64,000 bases of DNA from Camelus ferus (Eukaryota): positions 29,514,001 through 29,578,000 of the forward strand of contig NC_045697.1 in the NCBI RefSeq assembly GCF_009834535.1, in the 5' to 3' direction. The notes beneath the pieces were generated by a model. That model was not told where the DNA came from and searched no databases. It was given only the letters and a program-made list of their open reading frames with translations. The translations under genes were made by a program, and so were the position numbers. Shown piece after piece: positions 1 through 12,725 of this stretch; the first letter of the stretch is position 1; every line of letters begins with the position of its first letter.

Positions 1-187
1 ACAAAATCTAGATCTGCTTGGCATGCTGATGGGAACCTACTATTGCCAACACCAGAAGGCTTCCTCACCCCTTGGAAATTCTTAATCTTGCCCAAACCTC
101 TATACACAGCGCCTTCTTTGAACTCTCCTTGGTGACCCCATTGGAGTGATCATCTATGTCCCCCTGGAACCCTGATTCATACAGAAA

Positions 188-644
188 TGTATTATTAGTT
201 GCAGTCCTTTCTTGGGGCTGCTGTAACAAAGTACCACAAACTGGGTGGTTTATAACAACAGAAATTTGTTTCACAGTCCCGGAGCCTGGAAATCTAAAAT
301 CAACGTGTTGAGGGAGCCATGCTCCCAAGACTCTAGGGGAGGATCCTTCTCTGGCTCATTCAGCTTCTAACCGGCCCAGATGCTCCCTGGTTTGCAGCAG
401 CATCACTCCAACATTTGCTTCCATCTTCACACGGCCACCTTCCTTCTGCGTCTGTGTATCTCCATCTTCACGTGGTGTTCTCCCTGTGTGCCTGTGTCCA
501 AATTTCCCTCCTCCTATAAGGGTGGCAGTCGTCCCTAATGACCTCATCTTAATTTGATGACATTTGCAATGACCCTACTCCCAAAGGTACAAAGTGTTAG
601 GATTTCAACTTATCTTTTTGGAGAACACAATTCAACCCATAACA
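188..644 (-). mobile_element. ERVL-MaLR solo LTR, MLT1C-like
   Basis: gctgctgtaacaaagtaccacaaactgggtggttt...aacaacagaaattt at one end and attcaacccataaca at the other are typical of an MLT1 LTR in reverse orientation. Confidence 0.8.
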
Positions 645-1326
645 ATAGCTAACATATTAGCGACACCTTCCGTATCCATAATTGTTTGAGGGCAGGAAGC
701 AATCCTCACCCATCTGCCCCACAGGATCTAGCCCAGAGCCAAGTACACAGAAGGTGCAATAAATGTGTGCTTGAACAGACCCAACAAATCGGTAAATCGG
801 TAAATGAATGGGATGTACAGCTATTAAAAAAAGATTTGCAGTTTTATTATAATTTAAAATCTCATGTTAATAGAGTCTAAAAGAACAGAAGCTGCCTCAT
901 TATTTCCTCTCTGTTATGGAATTGTAAGGAGGAATGCCGAACTTACAGTTTGCCTGCACATGTAATTTTCTAATTCCAGTATCTTCATGAAGATCAGTCT
1001 AGAGAAGTAATTCTCTTTAATCTAACACAATCAGGGAACATACTGAACAACTCCCTGCTCTGGGCTGGACTCCGAGATAAATTCTCAAACAGGTATGAAT
1101 AAGATACAGTCACTGCCTTCAAGGAACATACATTCCAAGGAGCCAAAACGACTGCATACAAATGCTGAGGGGCCTCGTGCTCACTGCATATTTCTCTGCT
1201 TTCTTCAAGTGCCCAAGCATACCTTTACTTCTTTTTGGTGACTCAAGGCCATTACCCCAAATATCACCTGCTACAATGAGAGACACTCAACACTACCACT
1301 GCCATCTGATATGCTCTTTGAGCACT

Positions 1327-1513
1327 TAAGATTTATTCTGTGAGTATTCTGCCTGTGTTTTCCTCTAGGAGTTTTATAGTATCTGGTCTTACATTTAGGT
1401 CTTTAATCCATTTTGAGTTTATTTTTGTACATTGTGTTAGAGAATGTTCTAATTTCAGTCTTCTACAGGTAGCTGTCCAGTTTTCCCAGCACCACTTATT
1501 GAAGAGACTGTCT
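1327..1513 (-). mobile_element. L1 ORF2 internal fragment
   Basis: ttacatttaggtctttaatccattttgagtttattttt...ccagttttcccagcaccacttattgaagagactgtc is antisense L1 ORF2. Confidence 0.85.
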
Positions 1514-4400
1514 CAGGATTGGCCTAGAAGGGAGTACAGCACACCACAATGCCTCCTGGACAGTGCATATAAACAGCTTTCAGGTAAGTATGGATTTGAA
1601 TGCAGTAAGTACTTTCCCCTACGTAAACCTCATTCTTTACAAAACTCTTTTCTTATTTCTTAACCCATGACTTGGACTGAATCTAATTCTAAGGAATCTC
1701 ATGAATACCTGCTTTCTCATTTAATCCAAATCAGTAAATTTAAGTTACTCAAAGGTTTTTTTGTTTGTTTGTTTGTTTAAATGAAGTTTTTATCCCTCCT
1801 TTTTAGCCAAAATTATTAGGAAAACTATCAGCAGTAATAAGATTGATGCAAACTCATAAAATATTAATAATGTTTAAGGTTATTTTTGTTTCACATAAGA
1901 CAGTTATTATTTCTCTCCTCTATAAAACTCAGTGCTACAGAGTTAACAGTATATAGAAAGTTTACTAAAACTAGACTTTAATTCCAAATTACTTTTTAGA
2001 TCTAGAAAAACCCAACAATGTTGAATACAAATCCACAAATTCTAGCTTCATAGTAGCAAATTAGGAGCAATTTCATACTGGTGCTTATTTTAATTTTATG
2101 TGAAATGTATAATTTACTGTAACAACTAAATGGTACATTAATAGAACTCACTGGGTGAAAGAATTAGCCAAGATGCTAATTCTTAATCTGACACCAGGTG
2201 GCAGACATTTTGCTTTAACATTAAAACTAGCTAAGATATTTCTCTAAATCCTCTGATTCAGAGACTGTAGACTTTTGGGGATCACATTAATTACTATAGG
2301 AAGTCTCAAATCCTAAAAAGAAGAAGTGTCTACATATTAAAGAGTGGTCCTAAAACCACTTACCAGTCGTAATCACAAAGCCTTTTGACTACTAACATAT
2401 GTACTGAACCTACCATGTGGGGGTCACTCTACTAGGCAGTGGGCCATAGACAGATGCAGTCTAGGGATCAGGAGCTTCTAGTCTAAGGGTGGGGATGAAT
2501 ATTAATCAGATATTCATTCAAAGAATTAAAGAACTGAAAAAGTTACTAGTGCTACAAAGGAGAAGCCCTGTCCATTTTCTTAACATATATCACAGAAGAA
2601 AACATACCAGATGCCTTGAGATAGGGAAATATTCCAAATATCTCAAAATGCAACACACTTGCTAAATGCTGAGGGACAGTGGCTTTCAAAATGCAAGCTT
2701 GAGGGTGTCTTTTACTGTATTCTTCATAAGTAATGACTGGGAAAAGACCCAAACTATAATAAGTCAGTGTTATCTTTAAAAAAAACTTGTGTTATGTTTG
2801 TCTCAACAGTATATAAATACATTTGAAAAAGAGTCACACATATAAAACGCTGGGTGCACATGCAGATATACAGACTGTGAAATATCTCCTTTTTCCCAGA
2901 GGTCTGAGGCTCACAGACTAGGAATTACTACCATATGTGATAGATATAAAGATGATAGCCAGGAAGACACTGGAGACGCTGTCCCTGACCACAAGGAACC
3001 TTCTCTCCAATGGAGATTCAACAAGTCTCAGAACTAATGCACAACTGAGTTTCCTATCAACTGGCAGGTAAAACACAAACCCCACGTTCCAGGGCCCGGG
3101 AGGATGTGATACAGTGATGCGGCCGATGGTAAGAGGTTTCATGGCAGAGGCAGTGGCAAAATGGTTCAACCATTCTCACATGAAGGTAAGAGACGCCCTT
3201 GTTTGCACTCATAACCAAGCGCTGATAATATAAGAAGATGCAAGCGATGGCTGCATTGTTTCCTCAGTTTGAGGGACTTCGCCCACAAATATGCCTTGAC
3301 AACTGCCAAAGACGTGTGCTCAGCCCCAAACTGGCAACTGGTCCATTGTTTCACCCCAAATCAGGCAGCTGTGACGCTGGGCTAAGCCGCACACTATTCA
3401 GCCATGCATGCTAGCTAAGGACATTCTGCTCCTACTTGACACATCCACAGTCTCCATGCTGGGACAAAAATTACCTTCTTATTTGGTAACAGTCACTTTT
3501 CAATCTAAGGGTAAGTCTATTCACCTGTGAGGTCACTTCGCGATGCGTGATTTGAAGAGGAAGCTTGAATACAAACTGCTATAGAAAAACACTGCCTTGT
3601 CAATGGTAAGATCTAATTCTAGAAGAAGAAATGGAGAAAATATTCAATCATCTTCATACTTACATAGGTATTTTTTTTTAACTAGCAAATATCACTGAAT
3701 CAGGGTGGGGGGGGCATGGAAAATTACTTAATGAATGTCAATCCAATTATCTACCACACAAAATAAGGCTTTTTTGGTGAGGTAGTTGAATCATGAAAGC
3801 TTTCTCTTGTTCCTTTCCCCACCCTCGGCTCTACGATTCCTGGACTGTAAGTCATCAAGAAAATTATGAAGATTATACAAATACAAACAAACAACCAAAA
3901 GCTCATTTTATCCAAGATTCCAACTCATTTAGTAACTAATTCATAAACACATTAGAAGAAAAACGTTCCAATTCAAGACAATATTGGGAAACAAGAAAAA
4001 CTGTTCAATAAAGTCAATGAGTTCCTGATTAATAAGAGTACTTGAGGCTCATCTTTTAGAAAAAATTAGAGACACATAGCAAAAGAAGCTGCAGAAAGGG
4101 CCAGCAGACTCCCAGTCTTCCTCTCAGCCCTGATCCTGGAAGTCGTTCCCACTGAGTCGCTTCTCATCTGCACGAGGAATGCAGGTAACTGGACGAGCTC
4201 TGGGGTTTTCCAGCACTCTCTGATTTTAAATTCTGACAGGAAAGGCCAGATCCTTTATTCTGCTTAACAACATTTCTTAAAAAGTTGCAGATTAGAATTT
4301 GTACACTTAATTAGAGATTCCTAGAAATTAATCCTTTCATAGTTTCTAGCCAACTAACAGTCACGATTTGGTGCCCAATATACAATAAACAATCATTGGA

Positions 4401-4990
4401 TGTGTGGTAGGCAGAATTCTAAGACAGTTCCAAGGTTCCTGCCTCCTGATATGCATGCTCTGAACAGTCCTCTCCTGAGAGTGGACAAGCCTAGGAATAG
4501 GATGGCTTATCACCTCTGTGATTACATTACCTTGCACGGTGAAGAATTTTGCAGATTTTATTAAGATCCCTCATCAGTTAACTTCGAGCTATTTGAAAGG
4601 GAGATGATCCTAGATGAGTCCTGCCTAACTAGGTGAGCCCTTAAAAAGGTAAGCAGCAGCAGACTGGCCTTGAAGAAGTGAGCCGCCATGTGTAAAAGGA
4701 GAGGACTATATGGCAAGGACAGCCTCTAGAGCTGAGGGTGATCCTGGCCAAGAGCTAGCAGGCAAATAAGGATGTTGGTCACACAACTACAAGGAAATGA
4801 ACTCTGCCAACAACAGTGAGCTTGGAAGAGGACCTTGAGCCTCAGATAAGACTACAGCCCTGGCTGATACCTTGACTTCAGCCTGTGAGGCTCTTAGCAG
4901 AGGACCCAGCTAACTTGTACTCATAATCCAGGTGCACAGAAACTATGGATGTTTGTGGGCATTTGTTATTCAGCAAAGAAAACTGACAAA
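4401..4990 (+). mobile_element. ERVL-MaLR LTR, MLT1E-like
   Basis: Starts tgtggtaggcagaattctaag; contains aactacaaggaaatgaactctgccaacaac and gagcctcagataagactacagccctggctgataccttga. Confidence 0.75.
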
Positions 4991-5569
4991 GGAAACCTAG
5001 ATTTTTGGGAAACAAAACAAGGGGTTGTTCCTCCATCTTCCCACCAGCTGGACCTTTCTCAGTCTTCTCCAGCCCACAGTGACCTGGCAAGCACTCTCTG
5101 CCTCTTCATGATTTTTTCTTCTGCATCCATTTTGGATTCATTTACTCTTCTCCAACCCTGGCCTGAGAGAGTGGTGGCCATTCTATTGTGGGCATGAGAT
5201 AAGAGAAAGAATGTCCACATATGGTCCATGAAGGGTCAGAATAGAACCAATGAGTGTTCAATAGAGGTTTGACCTTTTAGCTTAAAGATATGCAATACCA
5301 CAGAGGGGAAAGTTTGGGACACTATCAAAAACAAAAATTACAGCCCTAAATTTAGATCCTTTCTCCATTTTATGCAAACAGCAGACAGTGTTTATGGTCT
5401 CATAGCTTGATAGCTGCATATGGGCATATAATAAAATTTAAACTGTGTAGCTTTGGGGATAAGGTCCAAAAAAAGCAGTAAGAAGTATCCAAAACTTACT
5501 ATTTCCCAAGCTCAGGCTTTTTCTCACGTCTCTTTCAGCTCCCAGTCTCTTCTCATGACTAGGAGAAAT

Positions 5570-5760
5570 CTCAGGTTCTTGAAGTGGGGTGGGAGGACCC
5601 CCTGTGTCAGATTCACGCTGGGATACCTGCCAACAGTGGAGATTGCTGGGCCCCACTTAAGACCCTACTGAACTGGAATCTCTGTGAAGAGGAGCCCAGG
5701 GTATGTGCACTTTAACACATGGAGTCTTTTGCACACTAACTTTGCAAACCAACAGTCTAA
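5570..5760. mobile_element. hAT-Charlie MITE, MER5-like
   Basis: gattgctgggccccac...gaccctactgaactggaatctctg...gagcccagggtatgtgcactttaaca. Confidence 0.6.
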
Positions 5761-6389
5761 CTTGGCTAACCCCATCCTTTCAATGGATGAGGAGCATGAG
5801 GCTAAGCAACTTGTTTATAGAGACATGGTTAGCAAGAAAGAGAGCTAGAAGTAGAATTGAGAATGTAAAATTTACTAACACAGATCAGGAAGCTGGAAAA
5901 GCGAAAGTGTCTGCATTTTCCACACTAACATTCTCCCCTATTAGTAGAGATAATTAAGCATTGAAGATAAAATGACTTTGTAGTGACAGAAATATGTAAA
6001 CACATTAGGGGAAAAGAAAATTCCATTTCACCAAGCTCCGTGATTAGCTAGCATTTTATGGCTTGTGCGAGACTTGACAGTGCACTGAGATGTCACTGCT
6101 ACGGCTTGCGAGGAAGGTTCTTCATTGAACATCAGTTCACAACCACTGACCAGCTTCACACAACGACTGTCCATTCTGGTTGCAGGCGCGGTCTCTGCTC
6201 CCTGTAGACAGCGAGGGTCCCGTGATGACACGCGCAGGCTGTCCCTGCTCTCTCCAGGTGCAGCCCCGTAGCTCTTCCACTGAAGCAGACATGCTCTTGT
6301 TTGGGACTGTGCCTCTCTTATGTGCAGAGCAAAGTAGAATCTGCCTTAAAATAACCCTCAGTTTCACTCAATTCCCAACAAACAGCTAT

Positions 6390-6795
6390 TGTTGCAGGCT
6401 AAAATGTATCCCTTTGTTAGGGTATCACTTCAACATCAGGTTGAAATCCTAACTCCCAGGTCCTTAGAATGTGACTACATTTGGAGGTGGGGCCTTTCAA
6501 GAGGCAATTAGGGTTACATGAGGGTGTTATTAGGTTGGGCCCTCGTCCAACAGGACTGGTGTCCTTATACGAAAAGGAGGGACACCAGAGATGCGTGTAA
6601 GGGGGAAAAGACTGTGAGAAGGAAGCAAGACGGTGGCTATTCACAGCCAAGGAGAGAGGCCTCAGAGGAGACCGACCCTACCGCCATCTTGACCTTGGAC
6701 TCCCAGACTGCAGAACTGTGAGAAAATTAATTTCTGCTGTTTAAGCCACCCAGTCTGTGGTATTCTGTTACGGCAGCCCTAGCAAACTAAATCCA
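6390..6795 (+). mobile_element. ERVL-MaLR solo LTR, MLT1B-like
   Basis: TG...CA ends, cttggactcccagactgcagaactgtgagaaaattaatttctgctgtttaagccacccagtctgtggtattctgttacggcagccctagcaaactaa; near-TSD gctat/cctat. Confidence 0.85.
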
Positions 6796-7529
6796 CCTAT
6801 CTACAGTAACTGTTCTCACTAAATAAAAACCTCCTGCTTGATAACCAGAATTAATCAGGAACATGTTTGAGACTGCATTTTAGCCATCCTTCTCTTCAGA
6901 TGAGACTGATCAGTTTTCTGATTATAGCAACCCCCCTTCTCCCCTAAGATAAGGACATATTCATCTATTCAGTGAATTAAAAACACCCCATATCTTCCCC
7001 TGCAAGTGTTCAAATGTGAGTATTTCTTTGATCATGAAGTAAAGGAAGGGTCACAAAAACGATGCATATTGATGATTCCTTATCCATCGCTTAAAAATAA
7101 ATCTTAATTTTTAATAATTAAATCTAAATATACACACAAGGGATCAATTCGATGGAGAAAAAAGCAAAGCCACTCTCCCCATCCCCCAGAATGAACTTCA
7201 GTAACTCACATAAACAAATACAAAGAGGGAGCAAAACCACATGGGCAGAGTTCCTTCCCGCCTGGACTCCTACCAGGACACAGACCATTGCAGGTGTCCT
7301 CTACTTCCCCAGAGATGAAATAAAGTCCCAAAAGTCCTCCCACTTAAATGCAGCAAGTATACAAGCAGCAAACAGGTGACAGATCCCTGACACACACCTG
7401 GCTTTGTACACTTTGCTCTCTCGAGGGAGCTGGAACTGCCCCATGTCACGCCTTCCTAGCCGGATCCACTCCATGGGCTGAGGGAGGGTCAGGATGGAAG
7501 CAGACAAGGGAGACACATTACCCACATTT

Positions 7530-7745
7530 ATAATAACAGTGGCTGACATTATTGAGCACTTATGAACCAGACACTGTTGTAAGCACTTTGTGTACATTTA
7601 ATTTGCAAAATTTCCCATTTCATGGACCAGGAAAATGAGGCCCAGGGAGGCTAAGCAGCCTGCCTGAAGTCACAGAGTCATGGTGGTGCTGGGATTCAAA
7701 CCCAGGCCGTCCTGTTCCCCAGCCCTTGCTCTTAACCATTACATT
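7530..7745. mobile_element. MIR SINE
   Basis: MIR core: ggaaaatgaggcccagggaggctaagcagcctgcctgaagtcacagag...ctgggattcaaacccagg. Confidence 0.7.
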
Positions 7746-9289
7746 GTTTGCTCTCCCCTAAGAGCTGATACTAAAGCAAAGATGATGTAGAACACATTCT
7801 TTCAGGAATCTACCATCCCACCGATGCTACAAAGAGTACTGTTTCTGGAAAAAAGAATGAAACACACATTTCTATAATTTAAGTGTAAAACATCAGGGAC
7901 TAGCAAACATTTCACAGATACTCTCTCCCCTACCATTCCAGGAGGTAGGTAAGTATTATTTGTCTCAGTAATAAACAAAACGGCTAAAGCTGACTTAGTA
8001 CAATGTCACTGCAAGTCCAAATCCCTAAATCCAGAGTCCTGTTTACGCTGATTTTTTTTTGATCCCTGAATCATGAAGTCTCTTGTGAGAGAAGAAAAAA
8101 ATGCATTCTTATTCGCAGCACTGCTGGTGAATGCCCCAGTTAATGAAATGACCCAAAGAAAACCCTGGCTCAGCAACCATCTGGTTAAAATGCTGGGGGT
8201 GGGCTGTTCCACAGATTTGTAACCTGGTCTTGATCCTTGGAGGCAAAAGAAGGCAGCAGTGCACAACGACCAGGGCAAGGGATTGCAGGGTGAGGCTGAA
8301 AAGCCCATGGCTGCGTAAATCACAGACACGCAAGCAGCCTTTCTCGGTCATCCTAGGACCTCGGTCAAGCATGAACCCACAGGGTGCCGACCTCCTGGGA
8401 AGTCGGCTCAATTCAAGACCTTCAGCATTTGTGCTGTCTTATAAAAGTTCAGGCAACTTTGAGAGAGTTCACAACTGTCTTTCTTCCTTTCAGGGATCTT
8501 AAAGGACCTAATTTCTGAGAAAATGGAGGACAAAAGTTGACTAGGTAAAAAAGTATGGACTTAAGGGTTCTAAAAGAGGGTATGTGGTTGCTGGCCAGAT
8601 GAACCAAGGAAGCCAAGGGCTGAGCAACAGGTGAGGATCAGGGAGGTAGCATTCCCGGACATCCCCCTCACAAGGGCACCTTGCTCTGCAGAAACAGTCC
8701 AGGCCAGCCTGTCATTCAGTTCACTGAAGAGGGATGAGTTCTGTACCGTGCAGTCCTCTAGGGCCTCAAGAGGTGAAATGACAGCTAGCAGAGGCAGATA
8801 AGCCCAGAGGAAGCTGAGAATTTAGTGTGCAGCTGCTGTTTCTTTATTTTTTTGATAGGAAGAGTAGCTTCCAGTAAAGATGCTGACATATTGCAGTATT
8901 CATATTATGGGGAGTGTAAGAAATTAATAATAAAATACATTTTAATAGGTTTTTAAAAAAGACTATATCCTCTTGAGGAATACTATATTTAATATTCTCA
9001 CTGAGACCCATACACAAGGAAACAGATTCACGAACCCACTGTTTGTCACAGCTTTGTTTACAATAGCAAACTTTCTTGGCAGTGGTATCTGTCAAAAATT
9101 CTTTATCTGAACAACTCCTATAGAAAAACACTTGCACATATTCATGAGATGCATAAGGCCATTCACAGACGGCTAGTTTGTTATGAGGAAAATAAGAAAA
9201 AAGTCCCTAAAGCCTGGCGATAAGAAACAATAAAATAAATGGACTGTACCTAAATTTGAGGTGATGATGCAGTAGAATGAGGAGGTCTC

Positions 9290-9610
9290 TGTACCGCACT
9301 TGGAATCCTGAACTAGGCTTCCTGTATTCTAGTCCCAGCTCCACCATTCAATTGACAGAGCCTCTTACAAGGTTTACTACTATGAACAAGGCTGTGACAA
9401 ACAGTGGTCCAGGGAGCACTGTTTCCCTGTTTAAGGTTCTCGCTATATGACCTTAGGGAAATTCTGTAACCTCTCTGGGACTCAATTTCCTGATCATGTA
9501 AAATGCAAATAATAATAGTAGTCTTCTTATAGGGTTCATGGAGGTTTATAAGTAAAGTGCTTAGAACCCTGCCTGGCATAGAATAAGAACCATAAAGTGT
9601 TAGCTGTTAG
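9290..9610. mobile_element. MIR SINE (possibly interrupted)
   Basis: tattctagtcccagctccacca...ctcaatttcctgatcatgtaaaatg...taaagtgcttagaaccctgcctggcatag. Confidence 0.65.
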
Positions 9611-9741
9611 TAGCAGTAGCCCTGATGCATGTCAGGTATCCGAGGGTGTGCGGGGGAGAAGAACACTTACAGACCATCCTATTTATATAAAATGAAGCCA
9701 ATAAGCCACATTGATAGCTCTCCCCCACCCGCCCCAGCCCT

Positions 9742-9831
9742 TCTGTCTCCCTGTTTCTCTCTGTCTCCCTGTTTCTCTCTGTCTGTCTGTCTGTCTGTCT
9801 CTCTCACATACACACACATACACACCCACAC
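9742..9831. repeat. Compound microsatellite (CT/CTGT/CA) with a duplicated 18-mer tctgtctccctgtttctc
   Basis: Directly visible. Confidence 0.85.
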
Positions 9832-9999
9832 AGCTTCTCGCTGGGGAAGAGAGAAGGTGGAATGGGGAATGGGTATAAGAGGGAATTTTGACGTACAAGC
9901 CTAGACTTCGGAACTCTCTGAATCCTTTGGAACCTGAATCACCTACCCTGGCTTTCTCCAAGTTCTGACCTCCCACACACATTTATCGCTACATCAAAC

Positions 10000-11700
10000 T
10001 GCACTCCACTCATAGCACATCCCCAAAATTACTCTCACCTAGTCATTAATAACCCCTTGCTGGTAAATTCAAAACATATTTTTCAATTCTCATTTCATTT
10101 CCCTTCTTTAGGTCTTTCAACACTCTTTCTAAAACGGCTTCCAGGAAACCACACCTTCCCGCCTGTCAAGGCTGGCTGATCTGCTGCCCCTCCCTCCTCT
10201 CAGCCTCCCCGATATCCTCGCGCCCCACCACGTGGGCCTTCAGTGTTGAAGGCTGATTCCTGGTTCGCTGTATACTTGGTTCAATTTCTAGGCAACCTCC
10301 TCAGTGCCCAGGGCTCCAGTCATATGTCTAGGAACATCCCTCTCACACTTACACCCCCACTGCAGACCCTTCCCGAGTTCCCGACAACACCGGCTGCACA
10401 GGAGGCTTGGTCATTTGGATACTTTAAACTTACCATGTCAAGGCCTGGTCCTCTGGCTTCCATCACTCCTATCTCAACCACCCAGTTATGCAGTTATGGA
10501 AGCCACATACTTAGGGCTCCTCCAGACAGATCCCTCTTCCTTGCACCCCTAAGTCTTACCCTAGAATAGTTACTGTAACTCTTTTCCATCCCTCTCCTTC
10601 CCTTCTTCCATTTTGACTGTGACCTTCTTCGAGCTAAAACAATCTCTCACCTGAGATACTGCAACTGCCTCCTAATTGGCTTGCAGCTTTTACTCTCGTC
10701 TTCCTTCCAGAGGTTCTTACCCAGGGTCCATGGACTCCCAAGGAGTCTATGGATAGAATTCAGGTGGCCCAAGAGCTTGGATGGGGGAAGTATTACATCT
10801 TTCTGTTCATTAATCTCAGACTCAAATTCAGCATTTCAGTCAATCATGAATGTCAGCAACAAACCATATTAGTTTAGTATTAGGAAAATACCATACTCCA
10901 AATACTGCTGAGACTTTGCCACCAACAGGAATCAGGTACTTTGATATCACACGACAGTTGTTAGATACGGCGTTAACAGTCATCACTACTTTGATTAGTA
11001 GGGAGCTATTAGACTCCCCACTAAATCTTACTATTTAATGTGTTAAGAAGCACGTATGCCACTACCTCACATATGTGTGTTTAATATTTTGACAACTGTA
11101 TTTCAATACAATTGGTCTCCTTTGAAACCCCATTTGTTTTACTTTATAGATTTGAAAACGTTATTCTTATAACATGTCCCTGAGCTTCATCAGACAGACA
11201 AAGAGGTTAATATTATAATAAAGGTTAAGAACTCCTGCTAATCTTTCACATCACAGTCACACTTATTTTCTCTAAACACAAATCTGAAGTCACCCTCATG
11301 TGGTTGATATCACCTGGATTCCCAGTGTCTTGCTAATAGAGACCAAAGTACTCAATAATATAGCCCCTGCCCACCTCTCCAACCTCACCTGGCACCAGTG
11401 ACCCCTTGTTCCCTAGGTTGGAGCCACACCGGATGGTCACCTTGCAGCAACTCAAGCTTGCCATCCTCCGTCTGCCCCAGGGATGTTGCTCATGCTCCTC
11501 TGTGCCCACTCATCCCTACCTCCACCTGTGGACACAGGTAACTCTTTCCTAATCTTTAGACCCTACTGTCAACATCACCTCCTCAGGGAGGCCCTCCTGG
11601 AACCCCAAGGTCATCCCTTCCCTTGGCTTTACACTCTCAGGGCTACCAGAACTTTCTCCTCATAGCACTTTTCATGACTAGTAATTAATTCTCCTCTGTG
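10000..11700. mobile_element. Degenerate L2 LINE fragments
   Basis: L2-like text: ctctcacctgagatactgcaactgcctcctaattggc, gccccagggatgttgctcatgct, catcacctcctcagggaggccctcc. Confidence 0.55.
10708..11237 (+). mobile_element. hAT-Charlie non-autonomous element, Charlie4a-like, nested in L2
   Basis: Imperfect TIRs cagaggttcttac ... gttaagaactcctg; internal gggtccatggac...ggatagaattcagg...cttggatggg. Confidence 0.75.
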
Positions 11701-12000
11701 GAGCTATCAGTTCCATGAGGCAGGACCCATGAGTGCTTTGGATCTATTCTACTGCTGACTCGAGCTAGAAAGTCAGTTAACATTTGTCAAGTGAATGAGT
11801 GGTAGAAAAAGATCAACCTAAAAATCCAATGATGAAAGTAATTAAATTCTGGCATTACTGGACAGCCATTAAAAATCATATAGTAAAAGTATATTTGCTG
11901 ACATGAAAAGTTATCAATGCATCTAATATTTAATGTAACATAAATAAAAAGGGCAAGTTGCCAAGTAAACATTCAGCAATTTCATTTTTATTAAACAGGA

Positions 12001-12229
12001 AAAATGGAAAGCAGTATAGCGATTGCTTAAAAAACTAAAAACAAAGTTACCATATGATCCAGCAATCCCACTCCTGGGTATATATCCAGAGAAAACTCTA
12101 ATCTGAAAAGATGCATGCAATCCCAATGTTCACAGCAGCACTATTTACAATAGCCAAGACATGGAAGCAATCTAAAAGTCCATTGACAGATAATTGGATA
12201 AAGAAGTTGCGAGATATATATCTATCTAT

Positions 12230-12270
<41 letters not shown>

Positions 12271-12725
12271 GAAATACTACTCAGCCATAAAAAAGAATGA
12301 AATAATGACATTTGCAGCAATATGAATGGACCTAGAGGTTATCATATTAAGTGAAGTAAGTCAGACAGAGAAAGACAAATATCACATGATATCATGTATA
12401 TGTGGAATATAAAAAAAAAACACAACTGAACTTATTTACAAAACAGAAATGGACTTGAAGACATGAAAACAAACTTATGGTTACCAAAGAAGAGGTCAGG
12501 GAGGGATAAATTAGGAATTTGGGATTAATAGATAACAAACTACTATATATAAAATAGATAAATAACAAGGTCCTACTGTATAGCACAAGGAGCTACATTC
12601 AATATCTTGTAATAACCCATAATGAAAGATACATATACACATATATTATGTATAACTGAATCACTATGCTGTACACCAGAAACTGACACAACATTGTAAA
12701 TCAATCATACTTAAACTTTTTTAAA
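12001..12725 (+). mobile_element. 5'-truncated L1 (ORF2 end plus 3' UTR) with internal (CA)n at ~12233-12268
   Basis: ttaccatatgatccagcaatcccactcctgggtatatatccagag...gaatcactatgctgtacaccagaaactgacacaacattgtaaatcaa. Confidence 0.9.

Noticed and set aside
3166..3354. KSLKLRK resembling APBB2 YASLKLRN (candidate downstream exon)
   Set aside because: Only five residues match, the flanks differ, and the WW-domain exon that must come first is absent.
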